From NCBI GenBank assembly GCA_024235995.1, contig JACKLI010000001.1, positions 2,884,145-2,948,144 of the forward strand: a stretch of DNA of 64,000 bases, written 5' to 3'. The notes beneath the pieces were generated by a model that was not told where the DNA came from, did no database searches, and saw only the letters and a list, made by a program, of their open reading frames with translations. The position numbers and the translations under genes are program-made. Numbering within the stretch: the first letter of the stretch is position 1; the number at the start of each line of letters is the position of its first letter. Positions 51,218 through 59,376 of the stretch are shown one piece after another. The stretch is from Burkholderiaceae bacterium. Lineage in GTDB: Bacteria; Pseudomonadota; Gammaproteobacteria; Burkholderiales; Burkholderiaceae_C.

Positions 51218-52615
51218 ATGAAGGAAATCACCACCAAGCTGCTGGTCATCGGCGGCGGCCCCGGCGGCTACGTGGCCGCCATCCGCGCCGGCCAGCTGGG
51301 CGTACCCACCGTGCTGGTCGAAGGCGCCCAGTTGGGCGGTACCTGCCTCAACATCGGCTGCATCCCCTCCAAGGCGCTGATCCACGCCGCGCACGCCTTC
51401 GAGCAGGCGCGCCACCAGGTCAAGGGCTCGCCGCTGGGCATTCGCGTGCAGGAGCCCAGCATCGACATCGCGCAGACCGTGCACTGGAAGGACGGCATCG
51501 TGCAGCGCCTGACCGGCGGCGTGGGCGCGCTGCTGCGCAAGGCCGGCGTGCAGGTGCTGGCCGGCTGGGCCCACATCGACGACGGCAAGACCGTGACCGT
51601 GCAGCCGCACCAGGGCGAGCCCCTGCGCGTGCACTGCGAGCACCTGCTGCTGGCCACCGGCTCCGAGCCGGTGGAGCTACCCAGCATGCCTTTCGGTGGT
51701 GCCATCTGGTCATCGACCGAGGCGCTGTCGCCCGACACGCTGCCCAAGCGCCTGGTCGTCGTCGGCGCCGGCTACATCGGGCTGGAGCTGGGCATGGCCT
51801 ACCGCAAGCTGGGCGTGGAGGTGACGGTGGTTGAGGCCATCGACCGCGTGCTGCCCACCTACGACCCCGAGCTGACCCAGCCCGTGCTGGACGCGCTCAA
51901 GAAAAGCGGCATCACCCTGCACCTGGGCTGCAAGGTGCAGGGCTGGGACGCCAGGCACGGCGTGCACGTGCGCAACGACACCAAGGCCGAGGACTTCACC
52001 CTGCCCGCCGACCGCGTGCTGGTGGCCGTGGGCCGCCGGCCGCGCACCGCCGGCTTTGGGCTGGAGGGGCTGCAACTGGACATGGCCGGCCGCCACGTCG
52101 CCATCGACGCGCACTGCCGCACCTCCATGCGCAACGTGTGGGCCATTGGCGATGTGACCGGCGAGCCCATGCTGGCGCACCGCGCCATGGCGCAGGGCGA
52201 ATGCGTGGCCGAGCAGGTGGCGGGCAAGACCCGCCGCTTCGAGCCCATGGCCATCCCGGCCGTGTGCTTTACCGACCCCGAGGTGGTGGTGGCCGGCCGC
52301 ACGCCGGCCGAGGCCAAGGCTGCCGGCATCGACTGCATCGAGGCGCACTTCCCCTTCGCCGCCAACGGCCGCGCCATGACACTGCAGGCCACCAGCGGCT
52401 TCGTGCGCGTGGTGGCCCGCAAGGACAACCACCTCATCCTCGGCTGGCAGGCCGTGGGCCAGGGCGTGGCCGAGCTGGCAGCGGCCTTCAGCCAGTCCAT
52501 CGAAATGGGCGCGCGGCTGGAAGACGTGGCCCACACCATCCACGCCCACCCCACCCTGGGCGAGGCGGTGCAGGAGGCGGCGCTGCGGGCGCTGGGGCAG
52601 GCGCTGCATGTCTGA
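51218..52615 (+). CDS. lpdV: Dihydrolipoyl dehydrogenase E3
   Basis: FAD motif [12 protein letters not shown], redox disulfide [13 protein letters not shown] and C-terminal HAHPTLGE. Confidence 0.93.
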   Translation: MKEITTKLLVIGGGPGGYVAAIRAGQLGVPTVLVEGAQLGGTCLNIGCIPSKALIHAAHAFEQARHQVKGSPLGIRVQEPSIDIAQTVHWKDGIVQRLTGGVGALLRKAGVQVLAGWAHIDDGKTVTVQPHQGEPLRVHCEHLLLATGSEPVELPSMPFGGAIWSSTEALSPDTLPKRLVVVGAGYIGLELGMAYRKLGVEVTVVEAIDRVLPTYDPELTQPVLDALKKSGITLHLGCKVQGWDARHGVHVRNDTKAEDFTLPADRVLVAVGRRPRTAGFGLEGLQLDMAGRHVAIDAHCRTSMRNVWAIGDVTGEPMLAHRAMAQGECVAEQVAGKTRRFEPMAIPAVCFTDPEVVVAGRTPAEAKAAGIDCIEAHFPFAANGRAMTLQATSGFVRVVARKDNHLILGWQAVGQGVAELAAAFSQSIEMGARLEDVAHTIHAHPTLGEAVQEAALRALGQALHV

Positions 52616-53047
52616 AACGGCGGGGATTGCAGCGCACCAAGCGCCTGGATTTCGATCCTGCCCATGACTCATGGGTAGCGCTTGGTGTGGCACAAAACAA
52701 ACTGATACATTCAATCCCGATAGGCCGGCTCCAAAAGAACGCGACCATGCAGCGAGGGTGGCATGAACGAGCGGTTAAAGCCATCCGGAAAATTTTAGAT
52801 TTTCCTAAATGGCGATCAAACCCAGACTTTCGAGGAGAATATATTGCATAGAAAATTTTATCGTGGAATCAGTCGCCTGATCAAAATCGTCTAATTTCAG
52901 CTAGAGTGGAGACGCCATAAAAATTTTTCGAGGCCCAATAAGCAAGAATTTTCCGGATGAATCATATGAATTGGTTGATACTTATGATTTTTCAAAGGAA
53001 AAGACCGCATGGGTGGGAAATATAAATATTCTCTTAAGGACACTCTG

Positions 53048-54237
53048 CAAAACCCTGTCTGCTGACGGCATGAGTGGCGCGACGGCAGATCAGGTTTCGT
53101 GATGCGCAATAGCGGCTCGATTTTCGGCACTTGGCGCCCGTGTTCGAGGCGCTGTGCCGGTTTTCAGATGCCCTTTGGCGCCCAGTAGGCGCACTCATGC
53201 CTGCGTCCCCTGCAAAATCGCCTTGCGCACCATCCACAGATTGCCCAGCGCGAACATTACCTGCAGTCGTGCCGTGTTCTTGGCCAGCCCGCGGTAGCGC
53301 ACCTTGGCATGGCCGAACTGCTGCTTGATCAGCCTGAACGGGTGTTCGACCTTGGCACGGATGCTGGCCTTGATCTTCTCGAGCTGTTCAATCTTCGCCG
53401 CCAGTGCATTGCTCAGCTCCAGTGCCGCGCGCTTGCCCGGGCGCATGGCAATGTGCCAGTCCACGGCCAGCCCTTGGGCCTCCTGGCGCTTGTCCACGCC
53501 CTGGTAGCCTGCATCGGCGAACACGTCCGTCTCCTGCCCGTGCAGCAGCTGCGTGGCCTGCGTCACGTCATTGACGTTGGCCGCCGTGCCAATGACCGTG
53601 TGCACCAGACCCGATTGGGCATCCACGCCAATGTGCGCCTTCATCCCGAAGTGCCACTGCTTGCCCTTCTTGGTCTGGTGCATCTGCGGGTCCCGCTCAC
53701 CTCTGTTGTTCTTGCTCGAACTGGGTGCCGCGATGATGGTGGCATCCACCACCGTGCCGGTCTTGAGCATCAGGCCTTGCCGGGCCAAGCCGGCATTGAT
53801 CACGGCCATGATCTTCGGGGCGAGTTCGTGCTTCTCCAGCAGATGCCGAAAGCGCAGGATGGTGCTCTCGTCGGGCATGCGTGCGGCACCCTGCAGCCCG
53901 GCAAAGCGGCGGTACAACGGCCTTTCATGCAGTTCTTCTTCCATCGCCGGATCGCTCAGGTTCCACCACAGTTGCAGGCAGTGAATGCGCAGCATCGTCT
54001 CGATCGCGAACGGCGGGCGCCCTCCCAGCGCCTGGTGTGCGCCGCGGGCGTGTGGCTGAATCAGCGCCACCAACTCGCCCCACGGAACCACCAGATTCAT
54101 CTCGTCAAGAAAGACCTCCTTGCGAGTCTTCTTGGGCAGCGGATCAAGGCCGAAGGTCATCTGTGTCATGTCCGCCATCGTCTCTCATCCTCTCGCCTCG
54201 CGCCAGTCTCGCCGGTTGGAGGTTTTGCAGAGTGTCC
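53048..54237 (-). mobile_element. IS5-family insertion sequence (about 1190 bp)
   Basis: 17-bp perfect terminal inverted repeats GGACACTCTGCAAAACC at 53048-53064 and 54221-54237 enclose a single transposase ORF. Confidence 0.88.
53195..54178 (-). CDS. IS5-family DDE transposase
   Basis: 327 aa. The N-terminal region carries GRPPFAIETMLRIHCLQLWWNLSDPAMEEEL. The DDE region carries VVDATII, FADAGYQG and the tail KVEHPFRLIKQQFG..KVRYRGLAKN. Confidence 0.92.
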   Translation of the reverse strand: MADMTQMTFGLDPLPKKTRKEVFLDEMNLVVPWGELVALIQPHARGAHQALGGRPPFAIETMLRIHCLQLWWNLSDPAMEEELHERPLYRRFAGLQGAARMPDESTILRFRHLLEKHELAPKIMAVINAGLARQGLMLKTGTVVDATIIAAPSSSKNNRGERDPQMHQTKKGKQWHFGMKAHIGVDAQSGLVHTVIGTAANVNDVTQATQLLHGQETDVFADAGYQGVDKRQEAQGLAVDWHIAMRPGKRAALELSNALAAKIEQLEKIKASIRAKVEHPFRLIKQQFGHAKVRYRGLAKNTARLQVMFALGNLWMVRKAILQGTQA

Positions 54238-54258
54238 CTAGACAAAGCACGGGTGGAA

Positions 54259-54453
54259 TCAGAATATTAGTGGAATCGGGGTCAGGTCAACATTTTCAAA
54301 CGTTTGACACATGGTGCTGCCGCATGCGTTCATCAAGAAGTCGCCCAAGACACCACCCCAAGAGACCAAGACCGCCCTGGCCCGGTTACGCCAGCTGGGG
54401 TAGTGTGGCTCGATGAGCGTCAGCAGACGCTGCCAGGGCGCGATGTGCTGCAT
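54259..54453 (-). pseudogene. Possible remnant of a second IS5-like transposase (N-terminal piece only)
   Basis: IAPWQRLLTLIEPHYP parallels VVPWGELVALIQPHAR of the adjacent intact transposase. Similarity is lost after this point, indicating a frame problem or decay. The remnant abuts the IS right end. Confidence 0.35.
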
Positions 54454-54505
54454 CTATTTCTCGCGGCGCGTCACGCGTTTCTTGCCTGCGTGCTCCAGGC
54501 GTTCC

Positions 54506-54802
54506 TTAGCGCGTGCGCCAATACCCTGGCTTACGGCGCTGATGCGCGACAGCAAGCACTGTCACGGTATGGCCCAGAATCTCGTAAAAGACCGTGTAGG
54601 GAAAGTGGCGAAGAACATGTCGCCGGAGCGCATCCTCGTCTTCGGGCCACATCAACGCATCGACACCAAGCCGATCAATCGATTCAAGCGTCTCGGTGCG
54701 AAACGCATCGGCTGCGATCGGGCTGCGCTCGAAGTACCACAGAAATGCTTCTCTGATTTCTGCCTCCGCCTCGGGCAGAATTTCGACTGCGAAGCGCGTC
54801 AC
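54506..54802 (-). CDS. ParE/RelE-family type II toxin
   Basis: 98 aa: VTRFAVEILPEAEAEIREAFLWY...HFPYTVFYEILGHTVTVLAVAHQRRKPGYW. The GTG start overlaps the antitoxin stop (GTGA). Confidence 0.8.
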   Translation of the reverse strand: MTRFAVEILPEAEAEIREAFLWYFERSPIAADAFRTETLESIDRLGVDALMWPEDEDALRRHVLRHFPYTVFYEILGHTVTVLAVAHQRRKPGYWRTR

Positions 54803-55098
54803 AGAGCGCTCAGTCTTGCTTTGGCTTCCATCCAGGAGACGGGCTTCACTTCTCCCGCCCGAAGGGCCGCTTGCCGCGCCCGAACCTCTTGCCGCCACGC
54901 TTGGGTGATTGAAGCGTCATCACTGCCTTCGAGGCTATCGAGTAGCGCTACGGTCAACGCCGAGCGCTCGTCGGGAGGCAGCTCGAGAGCTTCATCGAGA
55001 ATGTGGTCTACACGGGCATTCACGCGATGAAGTCTAGCACTCAGGGTTGAGAATCGGTGAATGGTAGCCGCGCCCTTCTCCTGCAAGGCGAACATCAA
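54799..55098 (-). CDS. Putative addiction-module antitoxin component (Unstab_antitox/TIGR02574-like)
   Basis: The core is ILDEALELPPDERSALTVALLDSLEG...AWRQEVRARQAALRAGEVKPVSWMEAKARL. The true start is probably the internal GTG at 55023 (74 aa) rather than 55098. Confidence 0.7.
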   Translation of the reverse strand: MMFALQEKGAATIHRFSTLSARLHRVNARVDHILDEALELPPDERSALTVALLDSLEGSDDASITQAWRQEVRARQAALRAGEVKPVSWMEAKARLSAL

Positions 55099-55206
55099 GC
55101 AAAGACGACCGTGTCACGATGAGCCATCGCAGCGTAACGACGGCGCAAGCCGAGAGTGAGGCGCTTCGATACACTCCGACGCAAAACCCTTCAAGCCCGT
55201 GTACCC

Positions 55207-56814
55207 ATGGACTCCCAGCACCACGACGCCGTGATCGTCGGCGGCGGCCTGGCCGGCATCGTTACCGCGCTGGAATTGCTGCGCGCCGGCCAGCGGGTGG
55301 CGCTGGTGGACCGCGACACGCCCGAGCGCCTGGGCGGGCTGGCGCGGTGGGCCTTTGGCGGCATGGCGCTGGTGGGCACGCCGCTGCAGGCGCGCATGAA
55401 GATTGCCGACACGCCCGAGATCGCGTTGCGCGACTGGCTGCGCTTTGGCGAGCTGGATGCGGCCGACGAATACCCGCTGCAATGGGCGCGCCATTACGTG
55501 ACGCACTCGCGCGCGCAGGTGCACGACTGGCTGCTGGGCGAGGGCGTCACCTTCATGCCCGCCGTCAACTGGGTGGAGCGGGGCCGCCACGGCGACGGCA
55601 ACAGCCTGCCGCGCTATCACATCGTGTGGGGCACGGCGCAGACCATGACGCTGCGCCTGATCGCGGCGCTGCAGCAGGCCGGCGCGGGCGGTCGCTTGAC
55701 GCTGCTGCACCGCCACCGCGTGACGCAGCTGGAGCGCAGCGCGGGGCATATCGGCGGCGTGGTGGCCACCCGCGAAGACACCGGCGCCCCGCTGCGCCTG
55801 CAGGCCCCGGTGGTGGTGCTGGCCATGGGCGGCATCAACGGCGGCCACGACGAGGCGCGCAAGAACTGGCCCGCCGGCCGCCCCTGCCCCGCCACCATGC
55901 TGAACGGCGCACACCCCTTTGCCGATGGCCGGCTGCACCACGCGGCCGCCGGCCTGGGCGCGCAGATCACCCATGCGGGCGAGATGTGGAATTACGCGGC
56001 CGGCATACCGCACCCGCTGCCGCACTTTGCGGGCCACGGCCTGTCGCTGATCCCATGCAAGTCGGCGCTGTGGCTGGACCACGCCGGCCGGCGCATCGGC
56101 CCCGAGCCGCTGGTGACGGGCTTCGACACCCACTGGCTGTGCCAGCGCGTGGCGGCGCAGGCCAAGCCCTGGACCTGGCACCTGCTGAACTGGCGCATCG
56201 CGGCCAAGGAGTTCGCCATCTCGGGCGCCGAGCACAACCCGCGCATCCGCGACCGGCAGATGGCGCTGTTCCTGAAGGAAACCCTGCTGGGCAACCACCG
56301 CCTGGTGCGCCAGATGCAGCGGCAAAGCCCGCAGTTCATCGTGGCCGGCACGCTGGCCGAGCTGGCCGCCCGCATGAACGCGCTGACGGCCTCCAGCGAC
56401 ATCGACCCGGCCGTGCTGCAGGCCACGGCCGATGCCTTCGACGCCAACTTCGCCCACGGCAGCAAGCTGGAGAACGACGCGCAGATCCGCCTGATCCGCC
56501 ACGCGCGCCAATGGGGTCCCGACAAGCTGCGCACAGCCAAGCCCGCGCCGCTGCAGACGAAGGGCGCCGGCCCCTTCATCGCCATCCAGGTGCAGCTGAT
56601 CACGCGCAAGAGCCTGGGCGGCCTGCGCACCGACCTGCAAAGCCGCGTGCTGGATGGCGCGGGCCAGCCCATCGACGGCCTGTATGGCGTGGGCGAGGCG
56701 GCCGGCTTTGGCGGCGGCGGGGCCAGTGGCAAGCGCTCGCTGGAAGGCACCTTTCTGCCCGGCTGCATCCTCACCGCGCGCGCGGCGGCGCGGCATATCA
56801 CCCACGGAAAATAA
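55207..56814 (+). CDS. FAD-binding dehydrogenase (fumarate reductase/KsdD-like flavoprotein)
   Basis: N-terminal dinucleotide motif DAVIVGGGLAGIVTALEL and C-terminal GLYGVGEAAGFGGGG. Confidence 0.83.
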   Translation: MDSQHHDAVIVGGGLAGIVTALELLRAGQRVALVDRDTPERLGGLARWAFGGMALVGTPLQARMKIADTPEIALRDWLRFGELDAADEYPLQWARHYVTHSRAQVHDWLLGEGVTFMPAVNWVERGRHGDGNSLPRYHIVWGTAQTMTLRLIAALQQAGAGGRLTLLHRHRVTQLERSAGHIGGVVATREDTGAPLRLQAPVVVLAMGGINGGHDEARKNWPAGRPCPATMLNGAHPFADGRLHHAAAGLGAQITHAGEMWNYAAGIPHPLPHFAGHGLSLIPCKSALWLDHAGRRIGPEPLVTGFDTHWLCQRVAAQAKPWTWHLLNWRIAAKEFAISGAEHNPRIRDRQMALFLKETLLGNHRLVRQMQRQSPQFIVAGTLAELAARMNALTASSDIDPAVLQATADAFDANFAHGSKLENDAQIRLIRHARQWGPDKLRTAKPAPLQTKGAGPFIAIQVQLITRKSLGGLRTDLQSRVLDGAGQPIDGLYGVGEAAGFGGGGASGKRSLEGTFLPGCILTARAAARHITHGK

Positions 56815-56815
56815 G

Positions 56816-56866
56816 CAACAAAAATCCCGCTTGCGCCCGTCCAACAAGCGTTAGAAGCTATCAACA
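56816..56866. repeat. REP-like dispersed repeat, intergenic copy A (reference copy)
   Basis: caacaaaaatcc-CGCTTG-cgcccgtccaa-CAAGCG-ttagaAGCTatcaacagg. The hairpin is flanked by an A-rich arm and an AGCTAT arm, and it ends directly at the AGGAG RBS of the next gene. Confidence 0.5.
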
Positions 56867-56876
56867 GGAGAGCAAC

Positions 56877-58532
56877 ATGAACGGTGCCCAAGCCCTGCTC
56901 AAGACCCTGGCCGACGCGGGAGTGGAGGTCTGCTTCACCAACCCCGGCACCAGCGAGATGCACTTCGTCGCCGCGCTGGACGGCGAACCACGCCTGCGCG
57001 CCGTGCTGACCCTGTTCGAGGGCGTGGCCACCGGCGCCGCCGACGGCTACGCCCGCATGGCCGGCAAGCCCGCCGCCACGCTGCTGCACCTGGGCTGCGG
57101 CCTGGGCAACGGCCTGGCCAACCTGCACAACGCGCGCAAGGGCAAGGTGCCCATCGTCAACATCGTGGGCGACCACGCGACGTATCACGTCCCCTACGAC
57201 GCGCAACTGCAGTCCGACATCGAGACCGTGGCGCGCAACGTCTCGCCTGGCTTCGTGCGCACCTCGGCCAGCACCGCCCGGCTCGGCCAGGACGCGGCCG
57301 ACGCCATCGCCGCCGCGCGGGGCCTGCCCGGCCAAGTGGCCACGCTGATCCTGCCGGCCGACGTGTCGTGGAGCGAAGGCGGGGTGCCCTGCCCGCCTCC
57401 GCCGCCTGTCGCGCCCAAGCCCGCGGACGAAGCCACGGTGCAGGCCATCGCCGGCATCCTGCGCTCGGGCCAGAAAGCCGCGCTGCTGCTGGGCGGCCAC
57501 GCACTGCGCGAGCCGGCGCTGGTGGCCGCCGCGCGCCTGGCCGCGGCCACGGGCGTCAAGCTGCTGGCCGAGGTGTTTCCGACCCGGCTGGAGCGCGGCG
57601 CGGGCCTGCCGCCCATCGAGCGCCTGGCCTACTTCGCCGAGCTGGCCGGCGTGCAGTTGGCAGGCCTGAAGCACCTGGTGCTGGTGGACGCCAAGTCGCC
57701 CGTCTCCTTCTTCGCCTATCCCGGCAAGGCCAGCGACCTGGTGCCGCCCGGCTGCACCGTGCACACGCTGGCCGCGCCCGACCAGGATGCGCGGGCCTGC
57801 CTGGAGCAACTGGTGGCCGCGCTGGGCGCGGGCTCGGCCCAGCCGGCGCTGCAGGCCGCCGCCCGGCCCGAGCGCCCCACGGGCGAACTCAGCGCCGCCA
57901 AGGCCTGCCAGGCCGTGGGCCACCTGCTGCCCGAGGGCGCCATCCTGGTCGACGAGGCCATCACCTCGGGCCAGAAGCTGGGCGCCATGACGGCCGGCGC
58001 GCCGCGCCACGACCTGCTCACGCTCACCGGCGGCGCCATCGGCCAGGGCCTGCCCAGCGCCCTGGGCGCGGCCGTGGCCTGCCCCGGGCGGCCGGTGATC
58101 GCGCTGGTGGGCGACGGCTCGGCCATGTACACCGTGCAGGCGCTGTGGACCATGGCCCGCGAGCAGCTGCACGTGATCGGCATCATCTTCAACAACGCGT
58201 CGTACTCGGTGCTCAACATCGAGCTGGCGCGCGTCGGCGCGGGCGAGCCCGGGCCGCGCTCGCGCGCGCAGCTCGACCTGGGCGCACCGCAGCTCGACTT
58301 CGCCCGGCTGGCCCAGGGCATGGGCGTGCACGCCGTGCGGGCCGACACCGCCGAGGCCTTTTGCACCGCGCTGGAATACGCGCTGGCCACGCCCGGCCCG
58401 CACCTGATCGAAGCCCTGGTGCCCGAATCCATCGGCGGCGCCAAGCGCAAGGTGCTGCCCTGGGTGCTGGGCGCCGCGCCGCACCTGCCGCAGCCGGTGG
58501 CGCAGGCGCTCAAGCGCGCGATCGCGCCCTGA
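56877..58532 (+). CDS. Thiamine diphosphate-dependent enzyme (acetolactate synthase large-subunit-like)
   Basis: N-terminal Pyr domain MNGAQALLKTLADAGVEVCFTNPGTSEMHF and the ThDP motif GDGSAMYTVQALWTMAREQLHVIGIIFNN. Confidence 0.87.
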   Translation: MNGAQALLKTLADAGVEVCFTNPGTSEMHFVAALDGEPRLRAVLTLFEGVATGAADGYARMAGKPAATLLHLGCGLGNGLANLHNARKGKVPIVNIVGDHATYHVPYDAQLQSDIETVARNVSPGFVRTSASTARLGQDAADAIAAARGLPGQVATLILPADVSWSEGGVPCPPPPPVAPKPADEATVQAIAGILRSGQKAALLLGGHALREPALVAAARLAAATGVKLLAEVFPTRLERGAGLPPIERLAYFAELAGVQLAGLKHLVLVDAKSPVSFFAYPGKASDLVPPGCTVHTLAAPDQDARACLEQLVAALGAGSAQPALQAAARPERPTGELSAAKACQAVGHLLPEGAILVDEAITSGQKLGAMTAGAPRHDLLTLTGGAIGQGLPSALGAAVACPGRPVIALVGDGSAMYTVQALWTMAREQLHVIGIIFNNASYSVLNIELARVGAGEPGPRSRAQLDLGAPQLDFARLAQGMGVHAVRADTAEAFCTALEYALATPGPHLIEALVPESIGGAKRKVLPWVLGAAPHLPQPVAQALKRAIAP

Positions 58533-58548
58533 AACCACAGGAACCCCC

Positions 58549-59298
58549 ATGCCCGTTCGCATCGACAAGCAGGGGCCGGTGGCCGTGCTGACCCTGGACC
58601 GGCCCGACAAGCGCAACGCGTTCGACGGCGCGCTGACGGCCGCGCTGGACGCGGCACTGAACGCCTTCGAGGACGACGCGGCGCTGCGGGTGGCGGTGTT
58701 GACCGGAGGGACGAGGTTTTTCTCGGCCGGCACCGACGTGGTGGCCTGGGCGGGCGAGCCCACGCCGCGCGGCGGCCCCTACGGCATCGCCGGCCGGCGC
58801 CTGCAAAAGCCCGTCATCGCCGCCGTCGAGGGCATCGCCGCCGGCGGCGGCTTCGAGATCGCGCTGTCCTGCTCGATGATCGTGGCCGCCAGCACGGCGT
58901 CGTTCTCGCTGCCGGAGGTGGGGCTGGGCCTGGTCGCCGAGTGCGGCGGGCTGTTTCGCGGCCCACGCGCCCTACCGCTCAACATTGCGCGCGAGCTGCT
59001 GCTCACGGGCGCGCCCCTGGGCGCCGAGCGCGCCCACGCCCTCGGCCTGGTGAACCACCTGACCGAGCCCGGCCAGGCGCTGCCCGAAGCGCTGGCGCTG
59101 GCGCGGCAGATCGCCGAGCAAGCGCCACTGGCGGTGCGCGAGACCCTGGCGGCGCTGGAGCGGCTGAACGCCGACGATGACGACTGCGGTTGGGAGCTGA
59201 CCCGGCGCGCCAAGGCGGTGGCCCGGCAGTCCGCCGATTCGAAGGAAGGCGTCGCCGCCTTCAAGGAGCGGCGGGCGCCGCGCTGGCAAGGCCGCTAG
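58549..59298 (+). CDS. Enoyl-CoA hydratase/isomerase (crotonase) family protein
   Basis: VAVLTLDRPDKRNA, FSAGTDV and AAVEGIAAGGGFEIALSC are crotonase-fold oxyanion-hole motifs. Confidence 0.9.
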   Translation: MPVRIDKQGPVAVLTLDRPDKRNAFDGALTAALDAALNAFEDDAALRVAVLTGGTRFFSAGTDVVAWAGEPTPRGGPYGIAGRRLQKPVIAAVEGIAAGGGFEIALSCSMIVAASTASFSLPEVGLGLVAECGGLFRGPRALPLNIARELLLTGAPLGAERAHALGLVNHLTEPGQALPEALALARQIAEQAPLAVRETLAALERLNADDDDCGWELTRRAKAVARQSADSKEGVAAFKERRAPRWQGR

Positions 59299-59376
59299 CG
59301 CTTGCCGGAATCAGCACATCGATCTTGAAGAACGCCACGGCCGACGCGGCGTGCACGCCTTGAAAGGAATCCTCCC

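Noticed and set aside
52646-52662. ctggatttcgatcctg looks superficially like a tRNA T-arm (GGTTCGAATCC), which would have suggested a tRNA-fragment att site at the island edge.
   Set aside because: It cannot form a 5-bp stem with a 7-nt loop, and no acceptor or anticodon arms are present nearby.
52835-52880. The AT-rich string attgcatagaaaattttatcgtggaatc was checked as a possible dif (XerC/XerD) site, because of the xerD theme in this window.
   Set aside because: It matches the GCGCATAA-N6-TTATGTTAAAT consensus poorly, particularly in the XerD arm.
52897-53130. 77-aa minus-strand ORF.
   Set aside because: It starts inside the IS5 left end and runs across the terminal inverted repeat into AT-rich junk. 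It has no RBS and a non-protein-like composition.
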